Positions 49,931 to 60,700 of a stretch of 64,000 nt of DNA are shown here, piece by piece. Made by a program: the position numbers and the translations under genes. The notes beneath the pieces were generated by a model. That model saw only the letters and a program-made list of their open reading frames with translations. It did not search any database and was not told the DNA's origin. Source of the stretch: an uncultured euryarchaeote (GTDB lineage: Archaea; Thermoplasmatota; Poseidoniia; Poseidoniales; Thalassarchaeaceae); NCBI GenBank assembly GCA_937911265.1, contig CALDRG010000063.1, forward strand, positions 5,862 through 69,861, given 5' to 3'. Within the stretch, counting starts at the first letter, position 1. The number at the start of each line of letters is the position of its first letter.

Positions 49931-50452
49931 TTACCCATAAAGGTGCGAGAATCTGGCACGTACCTTCGCCAACTTCGGAGACACCACTATCTGACAGTAC
50001 GGGTTATTGGGATTGTTAGAATAATAGTTGACGTGATAGTTCTCAGCCGACCAGAACCTCTCCAGCGGCACCACCTCGGTCACGATGGGATCGGCGTAGT
50101 CGTCCGATATCTCCTCGATAACTGCTAATGCCTCCTCGCGTTGTTCTTGATTGGAGTGGAGTATGATGCTCCTGTATTGGGGACCCACATCATTGCCCTG
50201 CCTGTTGAGTTGAGTGCTATCATGGATGCAGAAGAACACATCGAATAATTGCCTGCGGGAGATTACCTCGGGGTCGAATGAGACCTGGACAACCTCGGCA
50301 TGGCCGGTGCGCTTACCGCAGACCTGTTCATAGGTCGGATTGTCGATGTGCCCTCCTGAATATCCCGGAATCACCTCGCTCACGCCACGTAGCCCCTTCA
50401 GCGCGCCTTCGACACACCAGAAGCAACCGCCGCCGAGGACTATGCTCTCCAT
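49931..50452 (-). CDS. msrA: Peptide-methionine (S)-S-oxide reductase
   Basis: GGGCFWC, GYSGG, TGHAEVV, RQGNDVGPQYRS, AENYH. Confidence 0.96.
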   Translation of the reverse strand: MESIVLGGGCFWCVEGALKGLRGVSEVIPGYSGGHIDNPTYEQVCGKRTGHAEVVQVSFDPEVISRRQLFDVFFCIHDSTQLNRQGNDVGPQYRSIILHSNQEQREEALAVIEEISDDYADPIVTEVVPLERFWSAENYHVNYYSNNPNNPYCQIVVSPKLAKVRARFSHLYG

Positions 50453-50456
50453 CGCA

Positions 50457-51920
50457 TCACCTGCGGTAGTTGGGCGCCTCGCGGGTAATCTCGACATCGT
50501 GGACGTGGCTCTCAGAGAGTCCTGCGTTGGTGATACGTACGAAGTTGCAGTTGGTCTTCATCTCGGCTATGCTACCATTGCCAGTGTAGCCCATCGAGGA
50601 GCGCAGACCGCCTATCATCTGGTAGAGCACATTGTCCACAGGACCTCTTGCGGGTACTCGGCCCTCGATTCCCTCTGGAACGTACTTCTGGGTATCATCT
50701 TGCTCTGACTGAAAGTACCTCTCGTGAGCTCCTTGACTCATCGCCGAGACAGAGCCCATGCCACGGTACACCTTGTATGACCTGCCTTGGTACAAAATGA
50801 TCTCACCTGGAGACTCATCAGTCCCTGCTAGCATTGAACCAGCCATCACCGAATCGGCTCCTGCAGCTATCGCCTTGGCGATGTCTCCACTATACTTGAT
50901 GCCGCCATCAGCGATCACTGGAATATCGTTACCGATGCATGTCTCGACCACTCCCAATACAGCAGTGAGCTGTGGAACCCCTACTCCGGAGACTATCCTA
51001 GTAGTGCAGATGGATCCCGGACCGATTCCGACCTTCACTGCGTCCGCTCCGGCATCGATCAGCATCTCTGCTGCTGCCCCAGTGACGATGTTTCCGGCGA
51101 TGATTTGTGCGCTGTCTACAGCTTGACTGCGAATCTCCCTGACAGTGTCGATGACTCCATGAGAGTGGCCGTGGGCGGTATCCACCACCACGGCGTCAGC
51201 CCCTGCCTCGTACAGTGCTAGAGCGCGCTCGACCCCTTTGTCTCCGGTTCCAGTAGCTGCTGCTACCCTCAGACGGCCCTGCGAGTCCTTGCACGACTTT
51301 GGATTGTCCCGGCTTTGCTGGATGTCACGCACCGTCATCATGCCAGCACAGCCGCCGTCGTCATCGACCACGATGAGTCTCTCGATGCGGCGCTGATGGA
51401 GGAGCTTCTTAGCGACCTCCGGGTCGACATGCTCGGGCACTGTGACGACATCGGTGGTCATCATGGTCGAGACCTTTACCGAGTCGTCGGAAACGAACCT
51501 GATGTCGCGGTTTGTGATGATGCCAACCAGCGACCCTGAGTCGTCTACGACAGGGAATCCTGAGAAACCGTGCTGCGACTTAATCGCCCTCAGTTCCCCG
51601 ATGGTGCTGTTGGGTGAAATGGTCACGGGGTCGAGGACTAGTCCAGCCTCGAAGCGCTTGACCCGATAGACCTCCGCGGCCTGAGACTCCACGCTCATGT
51701 TGCGGTGGATAACACCGATTCCGCCGGCTTGAGCCATGGCGATGGCCATGCCGTTCTCGGTCACGGTGTCCATCGCCGCTGAGATGAGCGGGATGTTCAG
51801 GGGAATTGAATTTGTCAGACGGGTAGTGGTGTCTACCTCGGCCGGGAGGACCGCCGATTCAGCGGGCATCAGAAGGACGTCGTCGAAGGTCAGAGCCTCG
51901 GGCATACCGTCTTGTGCCAT
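50457..51920 (-). CDS. guaB: IMP dehydrogenase with CBS pair
   Basis: [45 protein letters not shown]. Confidence 0.97.
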   Translation of the reverse strand: MAQDGMPEALTFDDVLLMPAESAVLPAEVDTTTRLTNSIPLNIPLISAAMDTVTENGMAIAMAQAGGIGVIHRNMSVESQAAEVYRVKRFEAGLVLDPVTISPNSTIGELRAIKSQHGFSGFPVVDDSGSLVGIITNRDIRFVSDDSVKVSTMMTTDVVTVPEHVDPEVAKKLLHQRRIERLIVVDDDGGCAGMMTVRDIQQSRDNPKSCKDSQGRLRVAAATGTGDKGVERALALYEAGADAVVVDTAHGHSHGVIDTVREIRSQAVDSAQIIAGNIVTGAAAEMLIDAGADAVKVGIGPGSICTTRIVSGVGVPQLTAVLGVVETCIGNDIPVIADGGIKYSGDIAKAIAAGADSVMAGSMLAGTDESPGEIILYQGRSYKVYRGMGSVSAMSQGAHERYFQSEQDDTQKYVPEGIEGRVPARGPVDNVLYQMIGGLRSSMGYTGNGSIAEMKTNCNFVRITNAGLSESHVHDVEITREAPNYRR

Positions 51921-51942
51921 TAGGTACGGCCTAAGGAGGCGA

Positions 51943-51951
51943 TACTTGAAC
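51943..51951 (-). promoter_or_regulatory. Putative TATA-like box of leaderless guaB (GTTCAAGTA)
   Basis: 23-31 nt upstream of the ATG; no SD seen. Confidence 0.5.
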
Positions 51952-52114
51952 GATTCTATCCTAGCGGTAGAATGTGGTCTCCAAGACGCTAAAAGAGTTC
52001 GAAATGTTGTGGAATATTAGCTAGACTTTGATGACTTCACGTGAGCAAAAATGCGCAGCGAAACCGGCGACTTCAAGAACCATTGTTGGCCGGCCGCGGC
52101 ACGAGGAGAGAGTA

Positions 52115-52558
52115 ATGTACGAGCTTGCTATGATTGGCTGGCGCGAGTGGGTTGGGATACCCGAACTCGAAGACGGGGCTTTGCTGGCCAAGATGGACAC
52201 TGGAGCGTGGTCGAATACGCTACATGCCAGCGACATTGAGATCATAGAGTCAGACCTTGAGAGCCGCGTCCGATTCCGCCTTGAAGAGGATGGCGAGTGG
52301 ATTGAGAGGCCGGTCTACGACTGGAGGCGCGTTCGCGACACCGGAGGCCACGAGACCATGCGTCCCGTGATTCGGACATCGCTACAGATAGCCGGAATGG
52401 ACTTCGACATCGAAGTCTGCCTGAAGGACCGTTCACTGATGCGGCACAGGTTCATCCTCGGACGTCGCTTCCTGCGCCAGCACTTCTGCGTACACCCGGG
52501 CAGGCAGTGCATCCACCCAAACGAGCGTACGCTACCTAGGATAGCACTGGAATACTGA
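52115..52558 (+). CDS. RimK-associated retropepsin-like protease (RimB / 'ATP-dependent Zn protease' family)
   Basis: IGWREWV, AKMDTGA, RPVI, L.DRS.M....LGRRFL. Confidence 0.85.
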   Translation: MYELAMIGWREWVGIPELEDGALLAKMDTGAWSNTLHASDIEIIESDLESRVRFRLEEDGEWIERPVYDWRRVRDTGGHETMRPVIRTSLQIAGMDFDIEVCLKDRSLMRHRFILGRRFLRQHFCVHPGRQCIHPNERTLPRIALEY

Positions 52559-52599
52559 TTCCACCAGTCCTCAAATGCATCCTCTTCCACGCCCCCTCC

Positions 52600-53244
52600 A
52601 TGGCCATGGCAGGGACAGAGGCACCGTATGACCCCGGCGAGCCGTCGCCTTGGTGGCTGAAGGGGCTGGCCATCTTCATGGCACTGATGGTGGTGTTCAT
52701 GCTATTCAGTACCGCATCGGGAATTCTTTCTCCCATGCTGGTCGATAGGTTCATGCCTGAAGATTTCGAGGATATCGAGCCCTATCCGGAGGATGGTACG
52801 GATGAGGAGAAGGCGGAATGGGACAGGTCGAATGGAGAATGGGATGCGTTGGTGGAATACATGGACGACATGATGGGGGTGATGGAGTTCTCGGCCGTAC
52901 ATAGCGGCTTGCTGGCCCTCATGGGGCTGTTCTGCATTCCAGTGCTATGGAGGGGTGACAGAGAACTTGGGATCAAACTAGTAGGGGCTTGGGTAGGGGT
53001 CAACTTCCTAGGAGGCATGGGCATGATGTGGATGATGTCGAGGATTGGTTTCATGCCCGGATTTGATTATGGCCCTGAGGCGGAGGCGGTGGATCTTGAG
53101 TTCTTTGAAACGTTGAGTTTGATTGCCGGATGGGGACAAATACTACTCTGCAACGCTTTATTGCTCGGAATCCTGGTTCTCGTGGCGAACAAATCCAAGC
53201 CTAGTACATCCTTCGACATACCCTCTGGATTCCGTCCTAACTAG
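52600..53244 (+). CDS. Hypothetical membrane protein (about 4 TM, acidic loop)
   Basis: Hydrophobic 214-aa ORF filling the gap. Confidence 0.7.
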   Translation: MAMAGTEAPYDPGEPSPWWLKGLAIFMALMVVFMLFSTASGILSPMLVDRFMPEDFEDIEPYPEDGTDEEKAEWDRSNGEWDALVEYMDDMMGVMEFSAVHSGLLALMGLFCIPVLWRGDRELGIKLVGAWVGVNFLGGMGMMWMMSRIGFMPGFDYGPEAEAVDLEFFETLSLIAGWGQILLCNALLLGILVLVANKSKPSTSFDIPSGFRPN

Positions 53245-53284
53245 CCGCCCCAATCTTGAATATCTACCATTCTGTGGTAGGAAC

Positions 53285-53620
53285 ATGGAACAGACGGTCC
53301 AAGGCATACTAGTAGTGAATACGGAAACGATTCCGGGCATGATGATTACCGAAACTCTCGGGGTTGTCAGCGGCTCGACAGTGAGGGCCAAGCATCTAGG
53401 AAAGGATATTTTTGCAGGCCTCAAGAACATAGTTGGCGGAGAACTGTCACAGTATACGGAGCTTCTCCAGGAGTCCCGTGAGGAGGCTGTCGGAAGAATG
53501 GTCGCAGATGCGATGTCGCGAGGAGCCAATGCGGTTGTGAATGTCAGATTCGCTACTTCGGCAATCACTGCAGGTGCTGCAGAACTGTTTGCCTACGGTA
53601 CAGCGGTTAAGGCCGAGTAA
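53285..53620 (+). CDS. YbjQ/UPF0145 family protein
   Basis: GKDIFAGLKNIVGGEL..Y..LL..SREEA, GANAVVNVRF, AYGTAV. Confidence 0.92.
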   Translation: MEQTVQGILVVNTETIPGMMITETLGVVSGSTVRAKHLGKDIFAGLKNIVGGELSQYTELLQESREEAVGRMVADAMSRGANAVVNVRFATSAITAGAAELFAYGTAVKAE

Positions 53621-53634
53621 TCAGGGGTTTTTCG

Positions 53635-54174
53635 ATGGTAGAAGTAGGTGGCTTGCTGGTACTAGGAATAAGCTTAGTAGTACTCCTTCCCTTCTTACTT
53701 CTTGCTCTAATCGGAATGTTGTGGACGGTAGCCTATCCACTGATGCTCTGTTGGGCTGTCCTCTTCAGCGGCAAGAAACTGGATCAGCAGATTGTCAACA
53801 CTGCATCTAGAGAGGCCTCGCTAAGAGAGTCACTCGGTCGCGACCCCCTCACGACCATTGACGGCGGATACCGCACCGACATCACCTCTTGCGGGGTGGT
53901 TTGGTCCGGAGTAGTCTTCGGACCCAGTCACTGGCACCTCCTAATAGGCTGGATTAACAATCTGACAGGGGGTTCGGTTGACATATTCCAGAAGGTCATC
54001 TCTGCAGGAAGGGCTGAGGCTATGCAGCGGTTGCGAGAGAAGGCTCTTGCTGAGGGATATGAAGATGTGATAAATGTCCGGATAGATACCTCCGATATGA
54101 CTCCTCAAGGAGCGCGGAAGCGCATCAAGGCAGTAGAGGTCTTCGCTTACGGAACTGGTGTGAAGTACACCTAG
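53635..54174 (+). CDS. Membrane-anchored YbjQ/UPF0145 paralog
   Basis: N-terminal TM hairpin; NLTGG, RAEAMQRL, VINVRIDT, EVFAYGTGV. Confidence 0.8.
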   Translation: MVEVGGLLVLGISLVVLLPFLLLALIGMLWTVAYPLMLCWAVLFSGKKLDQQIVNTASREASLRESLGRDPLTTIDGGYRTDITSCGVVWSGVVFGPSHWHLLIGWINNLTGGSVDIFQKVISAGRAEAMQRLREKALAEGYEDVINVRIDTSDMTPQGARKRIKAVEVFAYGTGVKYT

Positions 54175-55655
54175 GACTCGTTGTAGATTGGTGTCTCGTC
54201 TAGGTGCATGGCGAGATTGAACAGCCACCACGATATCAGGTCAAATGATTCCACGAGATTCTGGACACCGGTTCCGTTGTCAGTCACCATCATGTCGACC
54301 ATTGTATCGAGAGTGTCGCACGGTCCGTGGTAGCAATCCGAGCCGCCAGTGAGCGAGCCAAAGTCCATCGAGACCACCCCGAGCTGGTCTGCTATCCTCT
54401 CGTAGTCGCTCCTCCCTCTCTGCGACTCGTGCACCGATATCGAGAGTCTATTCTGGTCGCTAGAGTCAACGTCCTTCATCGAGGCGTAGCCCTCGGTGTT
54501 GTAGATCTCCCTCCCTAAGCGCAGCGCCTCGGCGATGTCGTTGTTGTTCGAACCAACCCACTCAGCGAGTCTAACCATGGGCCACTGCTCGTTGATCTGA
54601 TTGTCCGTCTCGGGAATGATGTCGACTACTAGGGTGTAGTAACCCGGCCAGTTAGTCCCGACTGCATCCGCATTGAGGTAGTTTGACAGGGTGACTCCTG
54701 ACGGGATGTTCTCTATCCATCTGTCAACTCCATCGTAGCCGTTCTCCTCGTTGGACCAGAAGCAGACGGCGATGGTTCTGCGGTGATCGAACTGCGCGAG
54801 ACCTCGGGCCGCCTCTAGGACCAAGGCCACGCCAGCACCGTTGTCGTGTGCTCCGATGTGGGTTCCTCCTCCGGGTGGGCTTCCCGCCTCGGCGATGTCG
54901 AGATGGGCCCCCAGAACCAGCCATTCGTCGGGGAATGTTGTCCCCTCCTTGTAGCCGCAGACATTGACCGCGTAGGAAAAGTCAGAAATCCAGTAACGGT
55001 GAATCTGCGTGTCGTAGCCCATCACCTGAAGTTCGCTCTGCATGAAATTCGCAGCCCTCATGTACACCGGGTCGTGCAGGGTGAAAGGACCCCAGCGATC
55101 GTTGTAGCCTGAATCGGGATCAGCGAACAACTCTAACCACTCAAAGACGTTGAGGCCGTCAATTATACCGGTGCTGTGCAGTGCTCCGTCCTCCACTGTG
55201 TACGCTGAATCGTTCTCCCTTGCCACAGGGTGCTCGATGTAGGCGTATGGTGACTGCTCGAACTCACTCGAGGAGAACCATTCCGTCCAACTCTGGTTGG
55301 TCGCTCGCAGCGGCCAGGTGTCTCTACCCAATTCTCCCAGTAGGAAGTGAGTTGAATTGAGATTTGATGGGGCCAGCATCTCTACGCTTGCAGTGCCAGC
55401 CCCATCGAAATCGAGCGTAGTCCCGTTCACGATGTATCCAGACTCCTCATCCATGACGAGGTATGGGACATGTACGCTCATCGAGCTTGATGCAGTGACC
55501 TCTACAGTCTGGAACTGCGCACCTATGAGTACCTCGGGAGAAATTGTCAGGTCGTCGGTCGAAATCAACTCGGCATCCCCTCCGGGGGAGAAGCATCCGG
55601 TTAAGCTGGTAGCAATAATGACGAGCGCGAGACACGCTGCGCGGACACGGGTCAT
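54171..55655 (-). CDS. M28 family peptidase, lipoprotein
   Basis: LTGC lipobox; LGAHLD, GAHDNGAG, NEENG, NADAVG, RSDY, YHGPCDT. Confidence 0.88.
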   Translation of the reverse strand: MTRVRAACLALVIIATSLTGCFSPGGDAELISTDDLTISPEVLIGAQFQTVEVTASSSMSVHVPYLVMDEESGYIVNGTTLDFDGAGTASVEMLAPSNLNSTHFLLGELGRDTWPLRATNQSWTEWFSSSEFEQSPYAYIEHPVARENDSAYTVEDGALHSTGIIDGLNVFEWLELFADPDSGYNDRWGPFTLHDPVYMRAANFMQSELQVMGYDTQIHRYWISDFSYAVNVCGYKEGTTFPDEWLVLGAHLDIAEAGSPPGGGTHIGAHDNGAGVALVLEAARGLAQFDHRRTIAVCFWSNEENGYDGVDRWIENIPSGVTLSNYLNADAVGTNWPGYYTLVVDIIPETDNQINEQWPMVRLAEWVGSNNNDIAEALRLGREIYNTEGYASMKDVDSSDQNRLSISVHESQRGRSDYERIADQLGVVSMDFGSLTGGSDCYHGPCDTLDTMVDMMVTDNGTGVQNLVESFDLISWWLFNLAMHLDETPIYNES

Positions 55656-55778
55656 CGATTCGGATTGGTGTTGGCTGTATATCAGTTCAGCCGAACAGGG
55701 CAGTTTCAAGACCGGACGACCCTACGCAGGTATCTCTGACACGGCCCCTCTAAGGGATGCGGAGTCGGAGGTGAGTGC

Positions 55779-56795
55779 ATGCAGAGCCCCATTACGCGCA
55801 TCGAACCGAAGATAGCCGCGCGTCTGTCTAAGCAGAAGTACCAGCTCGTCGGTGAGCACGGTGGCGTCAAGGTCTGCCACTGGACCAAGCAGAGCCTGAT
55901 TGCCGACCGTTCTTGCTACAAGGGCACCTTCTACGGCATCGAGAGTCATGGCTGCATGCAGATGGCACCCAATGTGGATACCTGCAACCTCGCCTGCACA
56001 TACTGTTGGAGGGAGCCACACTCAGACACACTGCACAAGATTGACGACGACCCGTACGAGCTGTTCCTAGAGTCGGTCCGCGGCCACCGCCGCCTCATCA
56101 CTGGATTCGGCGGCAACCCGAAGGCTGACCCGGAGAAGTTTCGAGAGGCGCAGAATCCGAAGCACGTCGCCATCTCATTGAATGGCGAGCCCACTCTCTA
56201 CTCTCGCCTAGGTGAATTCCTCGACATCTGCCACCAACACGGAGTCTCCACCTTCCTCGTGACCAACGGCAGCCTGCCCAAGGTCATCGAGAAGCTCGAT
56301 CCACTGCCCACTCAACTTTACGTCAGCGTGGATGCCCCTAACAAGGAAATTTTTGACCGGCTGTGCAAGCCCAAGTTCGACCAAGCAGCATTCCACAAAC
56401 TTGAGCAGACCCTCGAACTGCTGCCCAGCCTCGACACTCGCACGGTGTGCCGCCATACGCTCATCAAGGGCGAATCGCTAAGTCACCACGAGGATTATGC
56501 GCGCCTCGACAACATCGCCGACCCGGACTTCATCGAGGCAAAGGGGTACGTGTATGTCGGCAACAGCCGCAACAACCTGACCATCGAGAACATGCCGTAT
56601 CACCAGGATATTCTCGACTTCTCCAACCGACTAGCTCCTCTTGTGGGTCGCGAGGTGCTCTCAGACCGCAAAGAGAGTCGCGTTGCTCTGATTGGCAAGG
56701 AGATGGTCCCGATTACCCTACCGGAGAAGGTGCGAGAACTACCCAAGGACCTCGGAATCGCCAAGCCACAGCGGTATATGTTGCCTCAGGCCTAA
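55779..56795 (+). CDS. taw1: 4-demethylwyosine synthase TYW1/Taw1 (radical SAM)
   Basis: VKVCHW, CYKGTFYGIESHGCMQM, CNLACTYCWR, AISLNGEP; SD GGAGGTGA. Confidence 0.95.
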   Translation: MQSPITRIEPKIAARLSKQKYQLVGEHGGVKVCHWTKQSLIADRSCYKGTFYGIESHGCMQMAPNVDTCNLACTYCWREPHSDTLHKIDDDPYELFLESVRGHRRLITGFGGNPKADPEKFREAQNPKHVAISLNGEPTLYSRLGEFLDICHQHGVSTFLVTNGSLPKVIEKLDPLPTQLYVSVDAPNKEIFDRLCKPKFDQAAFHKLEQTLELLPSLDTRTVCRHTLIKGESLSHHEDYARLDNIADPDFIEAKGYVYVGNSRNNLTIENMPYHQDILDFSNRLAPLVGREVLSDRKESRVALIGKEMVPITLPEKVRELPKDLGIAKPQRYMLPQA

Positions 56796-57781
56796 ACCAT
56801 CGGCCTACTTGAACCACATTCGGGACAACGCTGCTCCTCGCTGTCGCTGTAAATATGGAAGCATGCTGGACAAATTTCTGCCAGCGTTAATTTCGTCTTT
56901 CCTTCGACATCCAAGCGCTCGGAGTCGATTCGCTCTAAATTGAGTGAATCACGCGCGATATCAGGAAGTTCGAATCGTCCGGGCCCTCCTATCTTCGTCA
57001 GCACGTCCGGAGGCAAAGTGACTGTACCTGTATCATCTATGATGAGTTCGCGGCTACCTGATAGGTCAGCGATGTTCACATCGGTCCCGTGCTGAGCGAC
57101 AAAGCGTCCATCCCTGAGTTCAAGCGAGCGTTCGCAAAAGGCGGCGACCTCTCTGTTGTGGGTGACTAGGAAGAAGGCGACGTCCTCCTCCTTGTGCAGG
57201 TTTTCGAATATCTCCAACACCTCCCTGCTAGTTATTGGGTCGAGAGCTCCAGTAGGCTCGTCAGCCAGAATCAACTTGGGATTCGTAATGAGAGCACGGG
57301 CTATCGCAACCCTTTGTTGCTCACCTCCTGAGAGCTCCTCAGGCATGCCTCGGGATCTATCTCCCATTCCAAGGCGGTCTAGGAGTGCCTGCGCCTTGGC
57401 CCTTGCAGTGACTGGTAAGACGCCTTGGTGTCGAAGAGGCTGGGCCACGTTATCTAGGGCGTTCATATGTGGTAGAAGGTTAGAGTCTTGGAAGATAAAA
57501 GAGACCGTTTTCTGTCGCAAATTCACGAGTTCTGTCCCAGTCAGTCTGGTCATTCTACTACCTGCCAACTCTACTCCGCCGGCTGAAGGCTTCATCAGAC
57601 CCCCTAGGCACTTGAGTAGGGTGGATTTGCCTGATCCAGAGGGACCGATTACTGCCACGGCCTCTCCCTCATAGACGGTGACGTGGAGACCGCGGAGGGC
57701 GACTACATTTCCGTCTTCGGCCTTCGAATCGTAGACATGGTAGAGTCCGTCTGCCTTCAGAATCTCAACTCTTTCTTCCAT
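56792..57781 (-). CDS. ABC ATPase (LolD/MacB-like) with C-terminal AbrB-like and zinc-ribbon domains
   Basis: GPSGSGKS, LSGGEQQR, LADEPTG; IDDTGTVTLP; CPAC...CPECG. Confidence 0.9.
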   Translation of the reverse strand: MEERVEILKADGLYHVYDSKAEDGNVVALRGLHVTVYEGEAVAVIGPSGSGKSTLLKCLGGLMKPSAGGVELAGSRMTRLTGTELVNLRQKTVSFIFQDSNLLPHMNALDNVAQPLRHQGVLPVTARAKAQALLDRLGMGDRSRGMPEELSGGEQQRVAIARALITNPKLILADEPTGALDPITSREVLEIFENLHKEEDVAFFLVTHNREVAAFCERSLELRDGRFVAQHGTDVNIADLSGSRELIIDDTGTVTLPPDVLTKIGGPGRFELPDIARDSLNLERIDSERLDVEGKTKLTLAEICPACFHIYSDSEEQRCPECGSSRPMV

Positions 57782-57785
57782 TTTC

Positions 57786-60700
57786 TCACTCTCCCTTCAG
57801 TACCACGGCCAAATCGGCTTGCAGGGCTCTTCTAGTTGTGTATAGCAACGCTATCATGACAGCGATTAGAACTGAAACATTGACCAGAGCCAAATCTAGC
57901 CAGGGCCATACCAATTCTCTTGCTATCGGGGCGCTTTGACCCAAGAATATCTGGAAGATATAGCCGAATATTCCGAAGAAGCCGTTGAAGGCCTCTGCAA
58001 TAGCGAGTCCAAGTATCACTCCAAGAGCCATGCTAACGGTGAGTATTGAGAGAATCTCGAACAGAACTAGTCGCATGACTTGATTGGGGCTGGCTCCAAT
58101 GGCCTGCAGGATGGCCAACTCCCTCTTTCGCTGAGTCAGGACTAGGGATAGGAAGACGAAGGCGGAAGCGACGGATGCTAGCGAAGCCACAATGAATTGC
58201 AGACTCAGAAGGCCCGGTGTACCGAAGATTAGTCCTCCATTTCGTTCGTTTTCCCGATGAGCAGTGGACCAGTCAGAAGCCGCACTCACACCGTTTCCAT
58301 TGACTACCTCGGCGCTGAGTGCTCTTAGGGCATCTGCACAGTCCTCGTTAGTCTGATCGCACAACTCGAAGAACCACCTGTTGGAGGCGTAGGAATCTGC
58401 AACGGTATCTCCGACGAGTGCCCTGTATGTTGACTCGCTAACCACTATGGCCTGATCTGCTTCAGAGGATGGAAGTCCGGGAACCCATTGATGACCCCCA
58501 ATGTAAGAGATGTCTGCCTCGGTGACAGTGGATGTTACGACGAGACCGTCGGGACCGAAGCTGTAACTGTATTCTGTATACTCAATCGTGATTGCTAGTC
58601 CGGGATTAACCTCAGTCTCAGACGGGTTCAACCCGCCGGAATCGCCAGATGAGAGATCTAGCTGGGACCTAGCTTGGCTCCCGGCTGAGAATCCGCCGTT
58701 CTTCCAAGCATTCACTGCATTGTCTATGTCATCTTGAGGTACTGTCTGCGTGTCCCATATCAGCGTGTCTTCGTGCCCCTCGAAAAGCACCCAGGTACGT
58801 ATCAGTGAACCTTCTCCCTTCTTATTTGTGAAAATGTCACCCACCGAAGTCATGGCGTCAATGTCGGTTATGTCGCTATCACCGACTCCCTGAATAGCCA
58901 ACATAACCTCAGCTCTGGCCTGTTCCTCTGTGACTGGAGAGTCGAATTGGACCTGCATGTCAGCACCAGTCTGAGCAGAAGTAGTCCGCTGATCTACGAT
59001 AGTTCCAGTATAGCCCTGAACGGCGGCTAAAGTGACGATTGACAGGGTGAGTAGCATAATCACAGCTAAGCGGTTTACTGATTCAGAAGAGCCGGATCCT
59101 CGGAGTCCTCTCCTGATGTCAGAGACCGCTGGAGACCATGACAGGAGCATGGTCAGAATATTTGGCCCGGCAGCACCAATTCTACCCAGTACTAGGGCGC
59201 CACCGATCCACAAGAAGAATGGGCCGAGCAGTAGGAGTAATGCGTTTAGTATGAAGTTGGATATGATACCATCAGAACCGAAAGAACCCCACCCTCCATT
59301 GGACTGAATCCAACTTTCTAGATATGCCAGCAGACCGATTCCGAATACAATCATATGAAGCCATGTCCTTGGCTCCCGCTTCTCTGAAACTTTTCTCACA
59401 CCCTCATCAATCTCTATTCTGAGGAAGTCCCTAGTTCTCGATTTACCAAATAACAGTGAGACTCCAACGGTTAGTAAAACGATGAACAGGGTCTGCCAGA
59501 AGCTCAGAGTTGGATTGATATCAATTCCTCCAGACCTGAATGACATGAAGCCCACTGCGTCGAGTACTAGGGGCACAGACAGCAAGGCCAATGTGTACCC
59601 GGCAAACCAAGCAAACAGACTGGTTACAGCCAATTCGAGCATTATCATCCCGGTGAGTGTTCCCTCGGTTCCTCCAATGACACGGTGGATGGAGATTTCT
59701 CTCTTACGCTGCTCAAGCGATAGGACAAGTCCATAGATTAGAACGGAGAAGGATAGTATCACTATCGGTATCATCAGTATGTAGTCGAATACCTGGATGA
59801 TTCCTAGGAAAATATTGAGGAAGGTGATGGTTCCGGATATTAGGTCGTTGTATTCAACAAGGATTCCCGCGCTGGTGTAGTTGCCTGCTTCGACTTCCTC
59901 TTTGAGTACATCAAGCCACTTGGTGGCATCTGCAGTAGATGTGGTGGGTAGTTGGTTCCTATCAACTGCCAGTCCAAGGTACCCGTGATCATTGTCCATC
60001 AGGATAAGTTTCTGCTCATCACTCAGAACCGCGTCGGAAACTATCACCGGATTGAACAGCAGAGTTGGGTTTCCAGCACCTCCTTCTTGATACACAGCTG
60101 CAACTGTAAGATTGTAGACGGTCATATTCACTCTGCAGTACTTATATCCCGACTCAGTGTTGAAATCCTCCTCTCCTTGGCAGTCCTCGAAATCCTCATT
60201 GATGTTCTGATACCCAAGGTAGCCAGTGACATAGGTGAAAGTAAGAGATGAAATTGTATCGTTGACTCCAACTCCAGCATTGCTAGCTACCTTTGAAGGC
60301 AGCACAATTGATCTGTTTGCAGCAGCGTCTTCAGCGCTGGTAGGCCAACTACCGTAGATAATTCGCGAATCCTGACCTCTCGTAGAATGCCTTTCTCCCA
60401 GTTCTCCGTCCCAAATGCCATCACCATAGAATCGGAGTGTCCTGTCATCATTTATCGGTGGCCCCGACTCGTATGCCTCTGGATAGTCCCAACTGACATT
60501 TGCCCAATCACCCGTCGGTCCCATGGCTGCAATTACATTGAGTGGCTGAGCGATGAAGAAGTCCTCATCGAAGAAACCGTCTACCCTAACTCCTTGACGT
60601 CCATAGACTAAGCCGCAATCCGAGAATTCCTCCATCTCTACGAACTCATCGCACATTGATTCCCAGAGCAAGGAGTCGTTAGTGCGTCCATCGACGTCAT

